Below, one piece after another: positions 1 through 10,389 of a DNA stretch of 64,000 bases (within the stretch, counting starts at the first letter, position 1; the number at the start of each line of letters is the position of its first letter). Under the pieces are notes generated by a model. It saw nothing but the letters and a program-made list of their open reading frames with translations, did not search any database and had not been told where the DNA came from. This DNA comes from Abditibacteriaceae bacterium (GTDB taxonomy: Bacteria; Armatimonadota; Abditibacteriia; Abditibacteriales; Abditibacteriaceae): assembly GCA_965277285.1 (NCBI GenBank), contig OZ255721.1, positions 1,664,001 through 1,728,000 on the forward strand, given 5' to 3'. The position numbers were made by a program, and so were the translations under genes.

Positions 1-340
1 CAAAAAGCTGATCGGCGCCAGCCAGTTTCGTCAGATGCGCGATGGCGTAACATTCATCAACACGTCGCGCGGCGCAGTTATAGACGGTGAAGCGCTTATC
101 GAAGAATGTCGCAGCGGACGTATTTTGGCCGCGCTCGATGTGACGCAACCTGAACCATTGCCCGCCGATTCGCCACTGTGGAGTTTGTCGAATGTGACGC
201 TGACGCCACACCTGGCGGGCGAAGGTTACGCCGGTTACTTCCGCATCGGCGAAGCGACTTTGGAAGCCTTGCGCGACTTGTTCGCGGGAAATGCTGTTGC
301 TGGTCGCGTGCCGCTGGAAAAATGGGATATCTTGGCGTAA
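1..340 (+). CDS. D-isomer 2-hydroxyacid dehydrogenase, C-terminal part (5' truncated by window)
   Basis: Motifs FINTSRGAVID, AALDV..PEP and NVTLTPHLAG. Confidence 0.9.
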   Translation, partial: KKLIGASQFRQMRDGVTFINTSRGAVIDGEALIEECRSGRILAALDVTQPEPLPADSPLWSLSNVTLTPHLAGEGYAGYFRIGEATLEALRDLFAGNAVAGRVPLEKWDILA

Positions 341-466
341 AAGAGACAATTTGAGAACGATCCCAACTCATTCGTGAACGAGTGGGCTACAGAATACGAA
401 GCCCATGCTTCAAGAGCGGGTGTCACGTTAACGTCGTACCTTAAGTTAAATGTCGTAAACACCACG

Positions 467-2635
467 ATGACGAACAATCTCCTTCCAACAGCCTTCGACG
501 GCGAAAACGTTTCAAGCGAAAACGCGTCGCTCAAGGAACAATTGCGTCTATTGCAGAGCGCGTTGGAAGTGGAAACACAGGCGCGCCAAACTGCCGAGGC
601 GCGATTGCGTGAGTTGGAACAGCAACAAGAACAAAAAACACGGCAACAAGAAACAAAGCAACAAGGAGAAGCGGCGCTTGGTGATACCTTTCATTATTTG
701 CAAGCGATGCTCGACAATGTGGAAGCCTCCATCGTCGCCTGCGATACGAACGGGCAACTCATTTTTTCCAATCGCTGCGCGCGACAATGGCGTGGCTTGC
801 CCAATGCCACAGTGCCGATAGATTATCTGGCGCAGCACCACGACACTTTTTATATTGATGGTAGCCCGATTGTAAACATTGACGATTATCCTTTGGTGCG
901 TGCTTTCAAAGGCGAAACGTTGCGCGATTACCAATTCGAGATCAGGCCCGCGAACGCGCCGCATCGAGTACTCGAAGTGAACTCGCAGCCTCTCATCGAC
1001 GCGGCGGGGCGCAAGTTGGGCGCGGTTTCTGTCGCGCGCGACATCACGGCACAAAAGCAAATAGAAAAGGAATTGCGTCAATCACAGGCACGATTGGCGG
1101 TTCTTCTGGCCAACTTGCCGGTCATCATTTTCGCGTTGGATGCCAAGGGCGTTTTTACTTTTTCCGATGGTCAGGGCTTGCGCGTGCTGGGCGTTGCGCC
1201 GGGCGCTGTGGTCGGCGTGTCCGCTTTCGAGTTGTATCAGGATTATCCTGAAATCATCGAGAACATTCGCCTGACTTTAAGTGGCCAAGGTGATGGTCAC
1301 TGGCAAAGCAACGTCGATGGAAAGATTTTTGAAACGCAATGCCGTCCTCTTTTCGACGAACGCGGTCGCATTTGCGGCTTGACCGGCGTTTTCCTCGATT
1401 TGACGGCACAAAAAAACGTCGAGAGCGCCTTGCGTGAAAGCGAACAACGTTTTCGCGCTGCATTGGACGGCAGCCTGGATGCGTTTTATATTTTGCAAAG
1501 CGTGCGCGACACCAACGGCGAAATCGAGGACTTTGTTTTTGTCGAAGTCAACGCGTTGGGCGCGCGTCTCGTCTCGCGCACGCGCGAAGAAATTATCGGA
1601 CAAAAGTTTTGCGAACTGTTCCCCTTCAATCGAGACAACGGCATTTTTGATGGGCACGTTCGCGTTGTAAAGACGCGCATGCCAATTGAAAAAGAGTTTC
1701 CTGTTGCCGCAAGCGACGTGCGCGCTTCGTGGGTTCGTCACCAGGTCGTGCCGCTGGGCGATGGCGTCGCCATTACAGCGCGCGACATCACCGAGCGCAA
1801 GCACAGCGAAGAGCGTCTTCAGGAATATACCAAACTGCTGGAAGCTTCCAACCACGAACTGGAAAACTTCGCTTATGTCGCCTCGCACGATTTGCAGGAA
1901 CCTTTGCGCAAAATCCGCGCGTTTGGCGACCGCCTGGCCCACAAAAACGCGGACGAGCTTTCGCCCGAAGCACTCGATTCGATTGCGCGGATGCAAAGCG
2001 CCGCTCAACGGATGCAACAATTGCTGGAAGATTTGCTGACGTATTCGCGCTTGGCGACACGCACGCGTCCTTTCGCGCCAGTTAATTTGAACAAAATAGC
2101 GCAAGAAGTCGCTGCCAGTTTCCGCGACGAAGTCGAGCGCAGTGGCGCGCAAATTACCATCGGCGACTTGCCCACCATTCAAGGTGATAACGAACAAATT
2201 CGCCAGCTTTTCTGCAACTTGTTCGACAATGCGCTCAAATTCCGCCGCGAAGGTGTCACGCCCTTGATTGAAGTTCGCGGCACATCCATTGAGATGTCGC
2301 CCGACGCGATGTCGCCCGACCAATCGAGTACTGGAAAAGCGGCATACTGCTTGGAAATCAAAGACAATAGTATGGGTTTTGATGAAAAATATCTCGACCG
2401 CATCTTCGCGCCGTTTCAGCGTTTGCACGCGCAAGGCGTATACGAAGGCAACGGCATCGGACTGGCGCTTTGTCGCAAAATTGCGGAGCGTCACGACGGC
2501 AATATCACGGCGCACAGCACGCCAAACCAAGGCAGCACGTTCATCGTGACATTGCCGCAGAACGTTGCTACAACAAGCGTTGCTACAACAAGCGTTGCCA
2601 CAACCGAAGATGCACGCTCTGAAGGAAAATTATGA
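467..2635 (+). CDS. Multi-PAS sensor histidine kinase
   Basis: Three PAS-like repeats ending in RDIT/LDLT, H-box FAYVASHDLQEPLRKI, G-box GNGIGLALC; start set at ATG 467 rather than the ORF-track start at 374 (uncertain). Confidence 0.9.
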   Translation: MTNNLLPTAFDGENVSSENASLKEQLRLLQSALEVETQARQTAEARLRELEQQQEQKTRQQETKQQGEAALGDTFHYLQAMLDNVEASIVACDTNGQLIFSNRCARQWRGLPNATVPIDYLAQHHDTFYIDGSPIVNIDDYPLVRAFKGETLRDYQFEIRPANAPHRVLEVNSQPLIDAAGRKLGAVSVARDITAQKQIEKELRQSQARLAVLLANLPVIIFALDAKGVFTFSDGQGLRVLGVAPGAVVGVSAFELYQDYPEIIENIRLTLSGQGDGHWQSNVDGKIFETQCRPLFDERGRICGLTGVFLDLTAQKNVESALRESEQRFRAALDGSLDAFYILQSVRDTNGEIEDFVFVEVNALGARLVSRTREEIIGQKFCELFPFNRDNGIFDGHVRVVKTRMPIEKEFPVAASDVRASWVRHQVVPLGDGVAITARDITERKHSEERLQEYTKLLEASNHELENFAYVASHDLQEPLRKIRAFGDRLAHKNADELSPEALDSIARMQSAAQRMQQLLEDLLTYSRLATRTRPFAPVNLNKIAQEVAASFRDEVERSGAQITIGDLPTIQGDNEQIRQLFCNLFDNALKFRREGVTPLIEVRGTSIEMSPDAMSPDQSSTGKAAYCLEIKDNSMGFDEKYLDRIFAPFQRLHAQGVYEGNGIGLALCRKIAERHDGNITAHSTPNQGSTFIVTLPQNVATTSVATTSVATTEDARSEGKL

Positions 2636-3096
2636 ATCACACTTTACGCCGTTCGTTCGTAATTTTACTGGCGGATGATGATGAAGACGACCGTGTGCTG
2701 GCGCGCGAGGCGATTGCCGAGAGCGAATTCGTGAGCGCCTTGAACTGTGTCAGCGACGGCGAAGAAGCGATGGATTATCTCCAGAAAACAGGCGCTTACG
2801 CGGGCGCGACAACGGACATGGCGCCGCGTCCCGATCTGATTTTGCTCGACCTCAATATGCCGCGCAAAGACGGGCGCGAAGTGTTGCGCGAACTGAAAAA
2901 CGATGCCGCGTTGCGCCGCATTCCCATTGTGGTGTTGACCACTTCCAAAGCCGAAGAAGATATTTTGCGCACTTACGACTTGGGCGTCAACTCGTTCATC
3001 ACCAAACCAGTCAGCTTCGATGGACTGGTCGAAGTAATGAAAACGCTTAACAAATATTGGGCAAAAACCGTTCAACTGCCGCCCCACGAAAGTTAA
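2632..3096 (+). CDS. Single-domain response regulator (Rcp1-like)
   Basis: ILLADDD, PDLILLDLNMPRKDG, NSFITKPV; ATGA overlap with the kinase. Confidence 0.93.
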   Translation: MNHTLRRSFVILLADDDEDDRVLAREAIAESEFVSALNCVSDGEEAMDYLQKTGAYAGATTDMAPRPDLILLDLNMPRKDGREVLRELKNDAALRRIPIVVLTTSKAEEDILRTYDLGVNSFITKPVSFDGLVEVMKTLNKYWAKTVQLPPHES

Positions 3097-3165
3097 CTGG
3101 ACGCGTGCTAATCCGTATCGCCCAATTCGAGTACTCGGTAAGGCGCCAAGCATTACGAAATCCGT

Positions 3166-3238
3166 CCAGAACCCCAAGCGTAAGCGCGGGGCTGAAAGCA
3201 TAGTTACGTCAGCCCTGCGCTTACGCTTGGGGTTCTGG
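3166..3238. repeat. REP-like inverted repeat, family A (GAACCC..AGCGTAAGC)
   Basis: ccagaaccccaagcgtaagcgcggggctga ... tcagccctgcgcttacgcttggggttctgg; five related copies elsewhere in the window. Confidence 0.85.
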
Positions 3239-3351
3239 GCAGACTTGGCGTAAAATGGCGTGTCTCTTATTGGTGAATCGCTGTACCTTCAGGCAATATA
3301 GAGCGTAAACACGTTTCTTGCAATTCTTAGCCGCGTGTTTTATCGAAACCT

Positions 3352-5592
3352 ATGATTTCATTCGCTGCAAACCGCCAACGAACTGTCTGCGGCGTGCTCA
3401 GCTTAGCCGTTTTTATCTCGTTTTTTCTGTTATCAGGAATGTCGCAGCCTGCGAGGACATCAGCCAAAGTAGTTCGAGATAACGCGCCGCGTACCGTCAA
3501 CGCTGATATTTGCAACGTTGATGTTTGGATGAAAAGCGCGCGGCGAACTTTTGTTCCCACAACTGCTTTAGGCGCGGGCGTTGATGGTCACGAAGCAGAC
3601 AGCATCGCGCAGATTTATACGCCCGCCAACATTTCCGCGATGAAGTCCGTCGGGCTGCATTCGCTGACTTATCGCCTGCGCACCGAACTTGGCGTCGAAG
3701 CCTGGCACTGGAATCCGCGCGGACAATGGAGCGATGCCGCGCATCATTGCGGCTACTGGGTTTCAAACGCGCGTTCGACTGCGACCATCAAAAAATGCTA
3801 CGGTTATCGCTTGCCGCGTCGTGGCAATACCATCGACCAAGCGAACAACGACGGTTATTCGCGCTTAGATGATGGCGACCCCAAGAGTTTTTGGAAAAGC
3901 AATCCGTACCTGGACGCGCATTTCACCGGCGAATCGAACGCGCGGCATTCGCAGTGGATCGTGATTGATCTGGGCGACGCACAGGCGATTTCGCAGATTC
4001 ACATCAGTTGGGGCGTGCCTTTCGCTACACATTACACAATCGAGTACTGGAACGGCACAAACAACAGCGTGGGCGAAAATAATCTCGGTCAATGGCAGCG
4101 TTTTCCCAATGGAACCGTGAATAACGGGCGCGGCGGCAACACCGTTCTTCGTTTATCGACAACAGTTGTGCAAACGCATTATGTGCGCTTGACGATGACA
4201 CAAAGTTCGCCCCAAGCGCCGCTTGGTTCGCACGACATCCGCGATAGTTTGGGCTACGCGATTCGGGAAATTGCGCTGGGCAATAGCAGTCGCAACGGAC
4301 AGTTTCACGATGCCATTCATCATCGCCGTGACAATCATCAAACCTTGATGTACACGTCTTCGACCGATCCCTGGCACCGCGCGCAAGACATCGACAAACG
4401 CGTGGAACAGCCGGGTTTCGATACAGTTTTTCGCAGCGGTTTAACCAACGCAATGCCGTTGCTAACACCCACCGGCTTGCTTTATGACACTCCAGAAAAC
4501 GCCGCCAACGAACTACGTTTTCTGTGTTCGCGCGGCTACAATGTGCAGCGCCTCGAACTGGGCGAAGAAGCGGACGGGCAATACATCGCGGCTGAAGATT
4601 ACGCGGCGCTGTATGCGCAATGGGCGAAATCGCTGCATGCCGTGGATCCGCACATACAATTGGGCGGGCCGTCGTTTCAAACTGTCGAACTGGATATTTT
4701 GGCGTGGCCGCTTCCAACGCAGAAGCAAACCTGGCTCGAACGAGTACTCGATTATCTCAATGCGCACAATCGCAAAAGTGACTTCAACTTTTGCTCGTTT
4801 GAATGGTATCCCTTCGATGACGTGTGCGCGCCGACACAGCCACAATTGATGCGCGCTCCGGCGAAACTCGACGCTGCAATCGCGCGTTTACGCGGCAGTT
4901 TGCAGCGCGCCGGATATTCTTCAAATACCCCGCTTCTCATCAGTGAATACGGTTATTCGGCGTTTGCAGCGCAGGCTGAAGTCGATATGGCAGGCGCGCT
5001 TTTCAACGCAGAAACCGTCGGCGATTTTCTCAGCGCGGGCGGCGAAACGGCGTATCTTTATGGTTATGAACCCGACGAACTTCTTCAGGAAATAACGTGC
5101 AAAGCGCCGCAAAAAGCGTGGGGCAACAACATGATTTTGCTCGGCGATGACGAACATCAGGCCAAATATCGCACCGCGACGTATTACGCGGCCTGGTTGA
5201 TAACGCATCAATGGCTGGGAAATGCGAGCCAAGCGCACCAGCTTTTCACGTCTTCCACAGATTTGGAAGATAGTCAGGGGCGCGCCTTAGTCGCCAGCTA
5301 CGCGGTTCATCGTCCTGATGGTTTGTGGTCGGTGTTGCTGCTCAACAAAGACGAGCGCAAAGCGCATAACGTGCGCCTCCGTTTTCACAACGAACAAAAG
5401 ACGACGCGAAGTTTCAATGGTCTGGTCGATATTTACACATTTTCGCGCGCACAATACGTCTGGCATGCGCGCGACGATCAAGGTTTCCCCGCGCCCGACA
5501 ACTTTCCGGTTCACACTACGCAAAAAAGCGGACAGAATTTCACCGTGACTTTGCCGCCTTATGCATTGTGTGTTGTACGTGGCCGAATGTGA
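3352..5592 (+). CDS. Secreted glycoside hydrolase-like protein with inserted discoidin (F5/8 type C) domain
   Basis: N-terminal hydrophobic segment; DDGDPKSFWKS..QWIVIDLG discoidin signature; ELGEE and LLISEYG resemble clan-A acid/base and nucleophile positions. Confidence 0.7.
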   Translation: MISFAANRQRTVCGVLSLAVFISFFLLSGMSQPARTSAKVVRDNAPRTVNADICNVDVWMKSARRTFVPTTALGAGVDGHEADSIAQIYTPANISAMKSVGLHSLTYRLRTELGVEAWHWNPRGQWSDAAHHCGYWVSNARSTATIKKCYGYRLPRRGNTIDQANNDGYSRLDDGDPKSFWKSNPYLDAHFTGESNARHSQWIVIDLGDAQAISQIHISWGVPFATHYTIEYWNGTNNSVGENNLGQWQRFPNGTVNNGRGGNTVLRLSTTVVQTHYVRLTMTQSSPQAPLGSHDIRDSLGYAIREIALGNSSRNGQFHDAIHHRRDNHQTLMYTSSTDPWHRAQDIDKRVEQPGFDTVFRSGLTNAMPLLTPTGLLYDTPENAANELRFLCSRGYNVQRLELGEEADGQYIAAEDYAALYAQWAKSLHAVDPHIQLGGPSFQTVELDILAWPLPTQKQTWLERVLDYLNAHNRKSDFNFCSFEWYPFDDVCAPTQPQLMRAPAKLDAAIARLRGSLQRAGYSSNTPLLISEYGYSAFAAQAEVDMAGALFNAETVGDFLSAGGETAYLYGYEPDELLQEITCKAPQKAWGNNMILLGDDEHQAKYRTATYYAAWLITHQWLGNASQAHQLFTSSTDLEDSQGRALVASYAVHRPDGLWSVLLLNKDERKAHNVRLRFHNEQKTTRSFNGLVDIYTFSRAQYVWHARDDQGFPAPDNFPVHTTQKSGQNFTVTLPPYALCVVRGRM

Positions 5593-5612
5593 ATCGCGTA
5601 AATATCGTTCGC

Positions 5613-5691
5613 CGTAGGAGCGTCAGCTTGCTGCGCCCACTTCGGGCAATCGAGTACTCGAAAGCGGGCGCAGCAAGCTGACGACCTTACG
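5613..5691. repeat. GTAG-type REP-like hairpin between convergent genes, palindrome in the loop
   Basis: cgtcagcttgctgcgccc ... gggcgcagcaagctgacg 18-bp stem, GTAG at the 5' end. Confidence 0.75.
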
Positions 5692-5703
5692 ATGATTGCT
5701 TTT

Positions 5704-8112
5704 TCAACGATTGCGGTTGAGTTGGTCGCGCACGAGGGCGCGCAAGCGGTCGGGGTCGAAGGGTTTGGCGAGCATCGGGCGATTGGCCTTTTTCAGAAAA
5801 TCCTGCGTCGAGCGCGACATTGTATCGCCAGTCACGAAAACCACGCGCGGCAGCAAATCGGGGCGCGCGGTCTGCAAAATCTCGAAAAACGTCGGGCCGC
5901 CGACAGCGGGCATTCGTACGTCGCTGATAATCAAATCGAAGTCGCGCTCTTGCAACAACGCGAGAGCTTCGCCGCCATTGAAAGCGGGTGTGATTTCATG
6001 ATCGTCCATTCTCAGAATTTCGCTCATCAGCAAAATTACCGGCTCTTCGTCATCGACTACCAAAATCTGCGCGCCTTCAACTCCCTCTTCATCGTTTTCG
6101 TAATTTTCCCTTTCACGCGCTTCATCTGCCGCATCCGCTTCCCGGATAATTTCATTTTCTGCGCGGTTTTGTGCGACGCTTTCGCCCGAAGCGCCCGGCA
6201 GTTCGATGAAGAAGCGCGCACCTTGTCCCAGCGTGCTTTCAGCCCAAATGCGACCGCCGTGACGCGACACGATGTCGAGCGAAATGCTCATGCCCAAACC
6301 GGTTCCCTCGCCATCCTGCTTGGTCGTCCAGAACGGGTCGAAGATGCGGCGCAAATGATCGGGCGCGATGCCTGGCCCGTTATCGGCGAAAGAAACCAGA
6401 ACGCCGGGCGCGCCGCCAACGGTCACGCGCTTGGTTTCCACCGCAATCGTGCCGCCGCCACGCCATTCGTGCAAGGCTTGCTGCGCGTTGTTGATGATAT
6501 TGAGAAAGACTTGCTGCAATTGATGCGAATCGCCCAGCACCAGCGGCAAGTCGTTCGAGTACTCGAACGTCAGGCGCACGTTTTCGGCTTGCAATTGATA
6601 AATGCGCATTTCCGACAAATGACGCAACGACTGGTTGATGTCAAGCGCATCGGAACGCGTTTCTTCGCGGCGCGCAAACGACAGCAAATTGGCGACGATG
6701 CGCGCCGCACGCGAAGCGTCTTCGTAGATGTGCTCGATCTGGCGGCGCGCATGAGCTGGCAGCGAAGTGTCTTCCTGCAAAAGTTGCGCGTAGCCAGTCA
6801 CCGTCGTCAAAGGGTTGTTGAGTTCGTGCGCCACGCCAGAAATCAGTTCGCCCAGAGCGGCCAACTTTTCTGATTGAATCAGTTGTTCGCCCAAGCGCCG
6901 CTGCTCCGTGATGTCGCGCAACACGCGCACGACACGACGCTGCTCATCGCGTTGATTATCGTCGCGCTGAATATCGTCACGCTGAATATCGTCACGCTGA
7001 ATATCGTCACGCTGAATATCGTCACGAGTCAACAAGCTCACGCGTTGGTTCAGGTAAGGCGAAAGGCGCAACGAGGAAACCGTTTCCAAAATGATGCGCG
7101 CGGGCGTTCCAAAGCGAAATTCGCCGGTGTGCACATCGCGCCCGGACAAGTCGCCCGCCAATGGCTGCAAAGCGCGCAATTGTTGATAATCGGCGAGACG
7201 CGCGCATAATTCCTCGCTCGTGCGCCCGATGACCTGCGGCACTTCGGAACCAAAAAACGCCGCCGCAACCGGATTGGCGCGCAGCACTGTGCCGTCTTCG
7301 CGCTCGATGAAAACGCCGTCGACCATGCCGTCAAAGGCCGTTTCCCATTCGCACTTGGCGCTTTCAATTTGCTCGAACAAACGTGCTTTTATCAGCCCGA
7401 CCGCCCCGCTTTCGCCAAACGCTTCAAGCGCGCCAACATCGAGTACGCCAACATCGAGTACTCGATGTTGCGATTCGCGCCAGCCCAATTGTAGAATCGC
7501 AATGACAACGCCATCCTTCAGCAGAGGAACCGCAATTTGCCGCTCGTTTTCAAAAGAGATTTCGCCACGCGCCGCTTTTTCGACTGCGGACGCCAGCTCA
7601 ACATCCAGAACGTGCTCTGCGTCTGCGCCCACGTCATGCACGAAAGTTGCCGCTTTGGACGATGATTTATCGCGCCACAGAATTCTCGTTTGGCCATCTG
7701 GCGCCGAGATGTGGCTCAAGATGGCGATCCATCGTGGTTCTGTCTCAGCCTCGAACGTTTCTTCCGGCTTGGAACGGCCCAGCGACAAAGTGAGATTGGC
7801 GAATTCTCGCTGCCGCAACCAGAGAACGCCGTGTTGTGCATTGGTTAAAGCGATGCCGCCCGCGACGAGAGATGTAGCCACGTCATCGAAAAAAATCGCG
7901 GTCGCAATCGCCATTTGAGCGCGCGCTAAAACGTCGGCGTCCCAAGAAGCGGTTACCACATTAGCTGAAACAACAATTGCGGGAACATTTGCGGCGTTTG
8001 GCACGATGTTTTGAGTGGCATCGGAACGTCGCGTCACATCGTTATTCTGATCGAAGTTTTGCTGGATGGAATGGCTCATACGGCTTGATATTTCGGCATT
8101 ATGGTTTGGCAT
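5704..8112 (-). CDS. Hybrid GAF/PAS sensor kinase with C-terminal receiver domain
   Basis: QSEKLAALGELISGVAHELNNPL, GEGTGLGMSI, ILVVDDE..DLIISDVRMP; start uncertain (ATG overlapping the upstream stop chosen). Confidence 0.88.
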   Translation of the reverse strand: MPNHNAEISSRMSHSIQQNFDQNNDVTRRSDATQNIVPNAANVPAIVVSANVVTASWDADVLARAQMAIATAIFFDDVATSLVAGGIALTNAQHGVLWLRQREFANLTLSLGRSKPEETFEAETEPRWIAILSHISAPDGQTRILWRDKSSSKAATFVHDVGADAEHVLDVELASAVEKAARGEISFENERQIAVPLLKDGVVIAILQLGWRESQHRVLDVGVLDVGALEAFGESGAVGLIKARLFEQIESAKCEWETAFDGMVDGVFIEREDGTVLRANPVAAAFFGSEVPQVIGRTSEELCARLADYQQLRALQPLAGDLSGRDVHTGEFRFGTPARIILETVSSLRLSPYLNQRVSLLTRDDIQRDDIQRDDIQRDDIQRDDNQRDEQRRVVRVLRDITEQRRLGEQLIQSEKLAALGELISGVAHELNNPLTTVTGYAQLLQEDTSLPAHARRQIEHIYEDASRAARIVANLLSFARREETRSDALDINQSLRHLSEMRIYQLQAENVRLTFEYSNDLPLVLGDSHQLQQVFLNIINNAQQALHEWRGGGTIAVETKRVTVGGAPGVLVSFADNGPGIAPDHLRRIFDPFWTTKQDGEGTGLGMSISLDIVSRHGGRIWAESTLGQGARFFIELPGASGESVAQNRAENEIIREADAADEARERENYENDEEGVEGAQILVVDDEEPVILLMSEILRMDDHEITPAFNGGEALALLQERDFDLIISDVRMPAVGGPTFFEILQTARPDLLPRVVFVTGDTMSRSTQDFLKKANRPMLAKPFDPDRLRALVRDQLNRNR
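6949..7026 (-). repeat. In-frame 15-nt tandem repeat, about 5 units (RDDIQ)
   Basis: (a/g)cgctgaatatcgtc repeated. Confidence 0.95.
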
Positions 8113-9152
8113 TATAGTTCGGTTGGTGCGAACATCGCCTTCGCTGGTGGTTCTTTGACGCGCCAATCGAGTACTCGATTCATCCATTCCTGAGGATGTT
8201 CGTAATGCGGCAACAACATGGCTTCTTCAATGACTTGCAGGTGCGCTTCGGGTTTCATGGCCAGCCATTCCGGTGCGGTTTCCAGCCCACTGATCGCCGC
8301 GTTGCGTCCCCAGATTAAAAGCGCGGGTTGCTCCAAGCGGCTCCAGGTTTCGCGCGCGTCGATGCGAGCGCGCCCAGATAAAAACGTCGACAGAGAAAGG
8401 CGCGCTCCCTTTTGATGAGCGCGGCTCGCATGACGCTGAATGAAATTCTCATCCGCCAGCGATTTATCAAAAAACAATTGATGCCGCGCGAAACTTTCCA
8501 TTGAACGATGCGAAGTCAGCATGTTATTTAAGGTCGCGCCGATAATTGGCCAGGCGAAAAGGCGTTCGAGAACAGTCGTCAAAGGTGGCGGCACAATTTG
8601 TTGTTCGGGCACCAAAGGCGGGCATGTCAAAACGATTTGCATCACCAAATTCGGCAAGCGAGAGGCGGCTTCAATCGCGTAATCGCAGCCATCGCCGGAC
8701 GCCGCAACGACGCACGGACGTCCCACCACGTCTTCGATGAAGTTGGTCAATTGTGAAACGTAATCGGCGGCTTCATACGTCATTTGCGGCTGATCCGACA
8801 AGCCCCAGCCCAAGAAATCGAACGCATAAACCGTGAAATGCTCGCGCAAAAGCGGAAAAACTTCGCTCCATTCCGCCATCGAATTGCCCGCGCCCAAGCC
8901 GTGAACAAGCACCAACGGCGTGCCACTTCCCGCGACGGTGTACGCCATATCGCCAAAACGCCACGGATAGCGACCGAAAACGCCGCCCAGTTCGTGGCGC
9001 GGCGTTCCACAGCGAGTCGCAATCAACGCGTTAACGCTCGCAACCGCGCCTAAAATCGCGCCGCCCACGACCAAGGCGCGACCCAAGCGTTGTGTTGCGC
9101 TGCGTTCTTCTTTCGATGTCCAATTTGGGCTTTTCAATTTCGTTTTGCTCAT
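8112..9152 (-). CDS. Alpha/beta-fold hydrolase with N-terminal membrane anchor
   Basis: GSGTPLVLVHGLG, YAFDFLGWGLSD, LPHYEHP. Confidence 0.85.
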   Translation of the reverse strand: MSKTKLKSPNWTSKEERSATQRLGRALVVGGAILGAVASVNALIATRCGTPRHELGGVFGRYPWRFGDMAYTVAGSGTPLVLVHGLGAGNSMAEWSEVFPLLREHFTVYAFDFLGWGLSDQPQMTYEAADYVSQLTNFIEDVVGRPCVVAASGDGCDYAIEAASRLPNLVMQIVLTCPPLVPEQQIVPPPLTTVLERLFAWPIIGATLNNMLTSHRSMESFARHQLFFDKSLADENFIQRHASRAHQKGARLSLSTFLSGRARIDARETWSRLEQPALLIWGRNAAISGLETAPEWLAMKPEAHLQVIEEAMLLPHYEHPQEWMNRVLDWRVKEPPAKAMFAPTEL

Positions 9153-9196
9153 AAGTTTTGCTCATAAATTGCAATGTTCCGTTTTATGTCGAGAGA

Positions 9197-9335
9197 AGGT
9201 TTGCCAGTGCCCACCCCTGAGGGAGCGGGCTGAATGGGCAAGACCGCTAAAGCGGCCTCCAAACGTCTACTTCAGCCCCATTTATGGAGCTTCGCAACTC
9301 AGCCCACTCCTTCAGGGGTGGGCACTGGCAAACCT
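9197..9335. mobile_element. MITE/REPIN-like element with long terminal inverted repeats, copy 1
   Basis: aggtttgccagtgcccacccctga... / ...tcaggggtgggcactggcaaacct; an inverted, closely related copy lies at 23828-23972. Confidence 0.7.
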
Positions 9336-9468
9336 GCACCACCGGTTCTTATGCCACGCTTTCACTTTGCTCTTTTCTTAACTCTTAACCATAGCAAAAA
9401 CCTTCGCCGGGCGTTCTGCCTTTCAACCAAAGAACACATTTTCGTTACACTATTCGCACAACTTTTCT

Positions 9469-10389
9469 ATGACCCATTCTTCTTCCGACATTTCCAATCT
9501 CGATTCATTTTTCGCAACTTCATCTGCAGAACGCTGGAAGATTTTCGATCCGGCTTCGGCGCCTGCGACACGCGCTTTGCTCCGCGAAATCGGCGCTGTT
9601 CCCAATCGAACGCTGGGACAAAACTTTCTGGTTAACGGACAAATTCTCGACAAAATCGTGGCGACGGCGCAAGTTTCACCCGAAGATCGAGTACTCGAAA
9701 TTGGGCCTGGTCTGGGTTCTCTGACCTGTCGCCTGGTGCGCGCCGCACAACAAGTCGTCGCCATCGAAAAAGACCCGCCACTGCGCGAACTTTTAACGCG
9801 TTATCTGCCCGCGCCCAACCTCACCCTGATCGGCGATGACGCATTGAAAGTCGGTTGGGACGCGCTCGGTTTGCCGGACGAAAACGTCAAAGTTGTGGCG
9901 AATTTGCCGTATTCGATTTCCAAGCCGATGCTGCGGCGACTTTTGGAAGATTGGCGCCCGCATTTTTCGAGCCTGACAATTTTGGTGCAACGCGAAGTCG
10001 CCGACCGCATTGTCGCGCTTCCCGCCACGCCCGAATACGGCCCGATGGCGATCATGGCGCATCTTTACGCCGACGCCAAACGCGTTTTCGATGTGCGCGC
10101 CGGTTCGTTTCTGCCGCCTCCGAACGTTCTTTCTTCGGTCGTTCATATCCAAATTCGCCCGCAACCGCGCCTGGCTTTATCGAACGAAAAGTTCTTCTGG
10201 AGCGTGGTGCGCGCCGCTTTTGGTCAACGCCGCAAGCAACTTATCAACACCTTGCGCGCCGTTTGCGACAATCCCGCACGCTTGAACGCGACCTTGCAAC
10301 AGTGCGACATCGACCCCAAGCGGCGCGGCGAAACGCTTTCCCTGCAAGAGTTTGTCAGCCTCGCGGACGCGCTTTCTTTACCGTTATGA
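9469..10389 (+). CDS. rsmA: 16S rRNA dimethyladenosine transferase
   Basis: LGQNFL, VLEIGPGLGSLT, VVANLPYSIS, AFGQRRKQL, RRGETLS. Confidence 0.96.
   Translation: MTHSSSDISNLDSFFATSSAERWKIFDPASAPATRALLREIGAVPNRTLGQNFLVNGQILDKIVATAQVSPEDRVLEIGPGLGSLTCRLVRAAQQVVAIEKDPPLRELLTRYLPAPNLTLIGDDALKVGWDALGLPDENVKVVANLPYSISKPMLRRLLEDWRPHFSSLTILVQREVADRIVALPATPEYGPMAIMAHLYADAKRVFDVRAGSFLPPPNVLSSVVHIQIRPQPRLALSNEKFFWSVVRAAFGQRRKQLINTLRAVCDNPARLNATLQQCDIDPKRRGETLSLQEFVSLADALSLPL

Noticed and set aside
9855..10385. N-terminal extensions given by the ORF track (ispE, rplV, rplM, rplQ, rpoA, rodA, vWA, TPR)
   Set aside because: Family homology and RBS or stop-start coupling support the downstream starts used here
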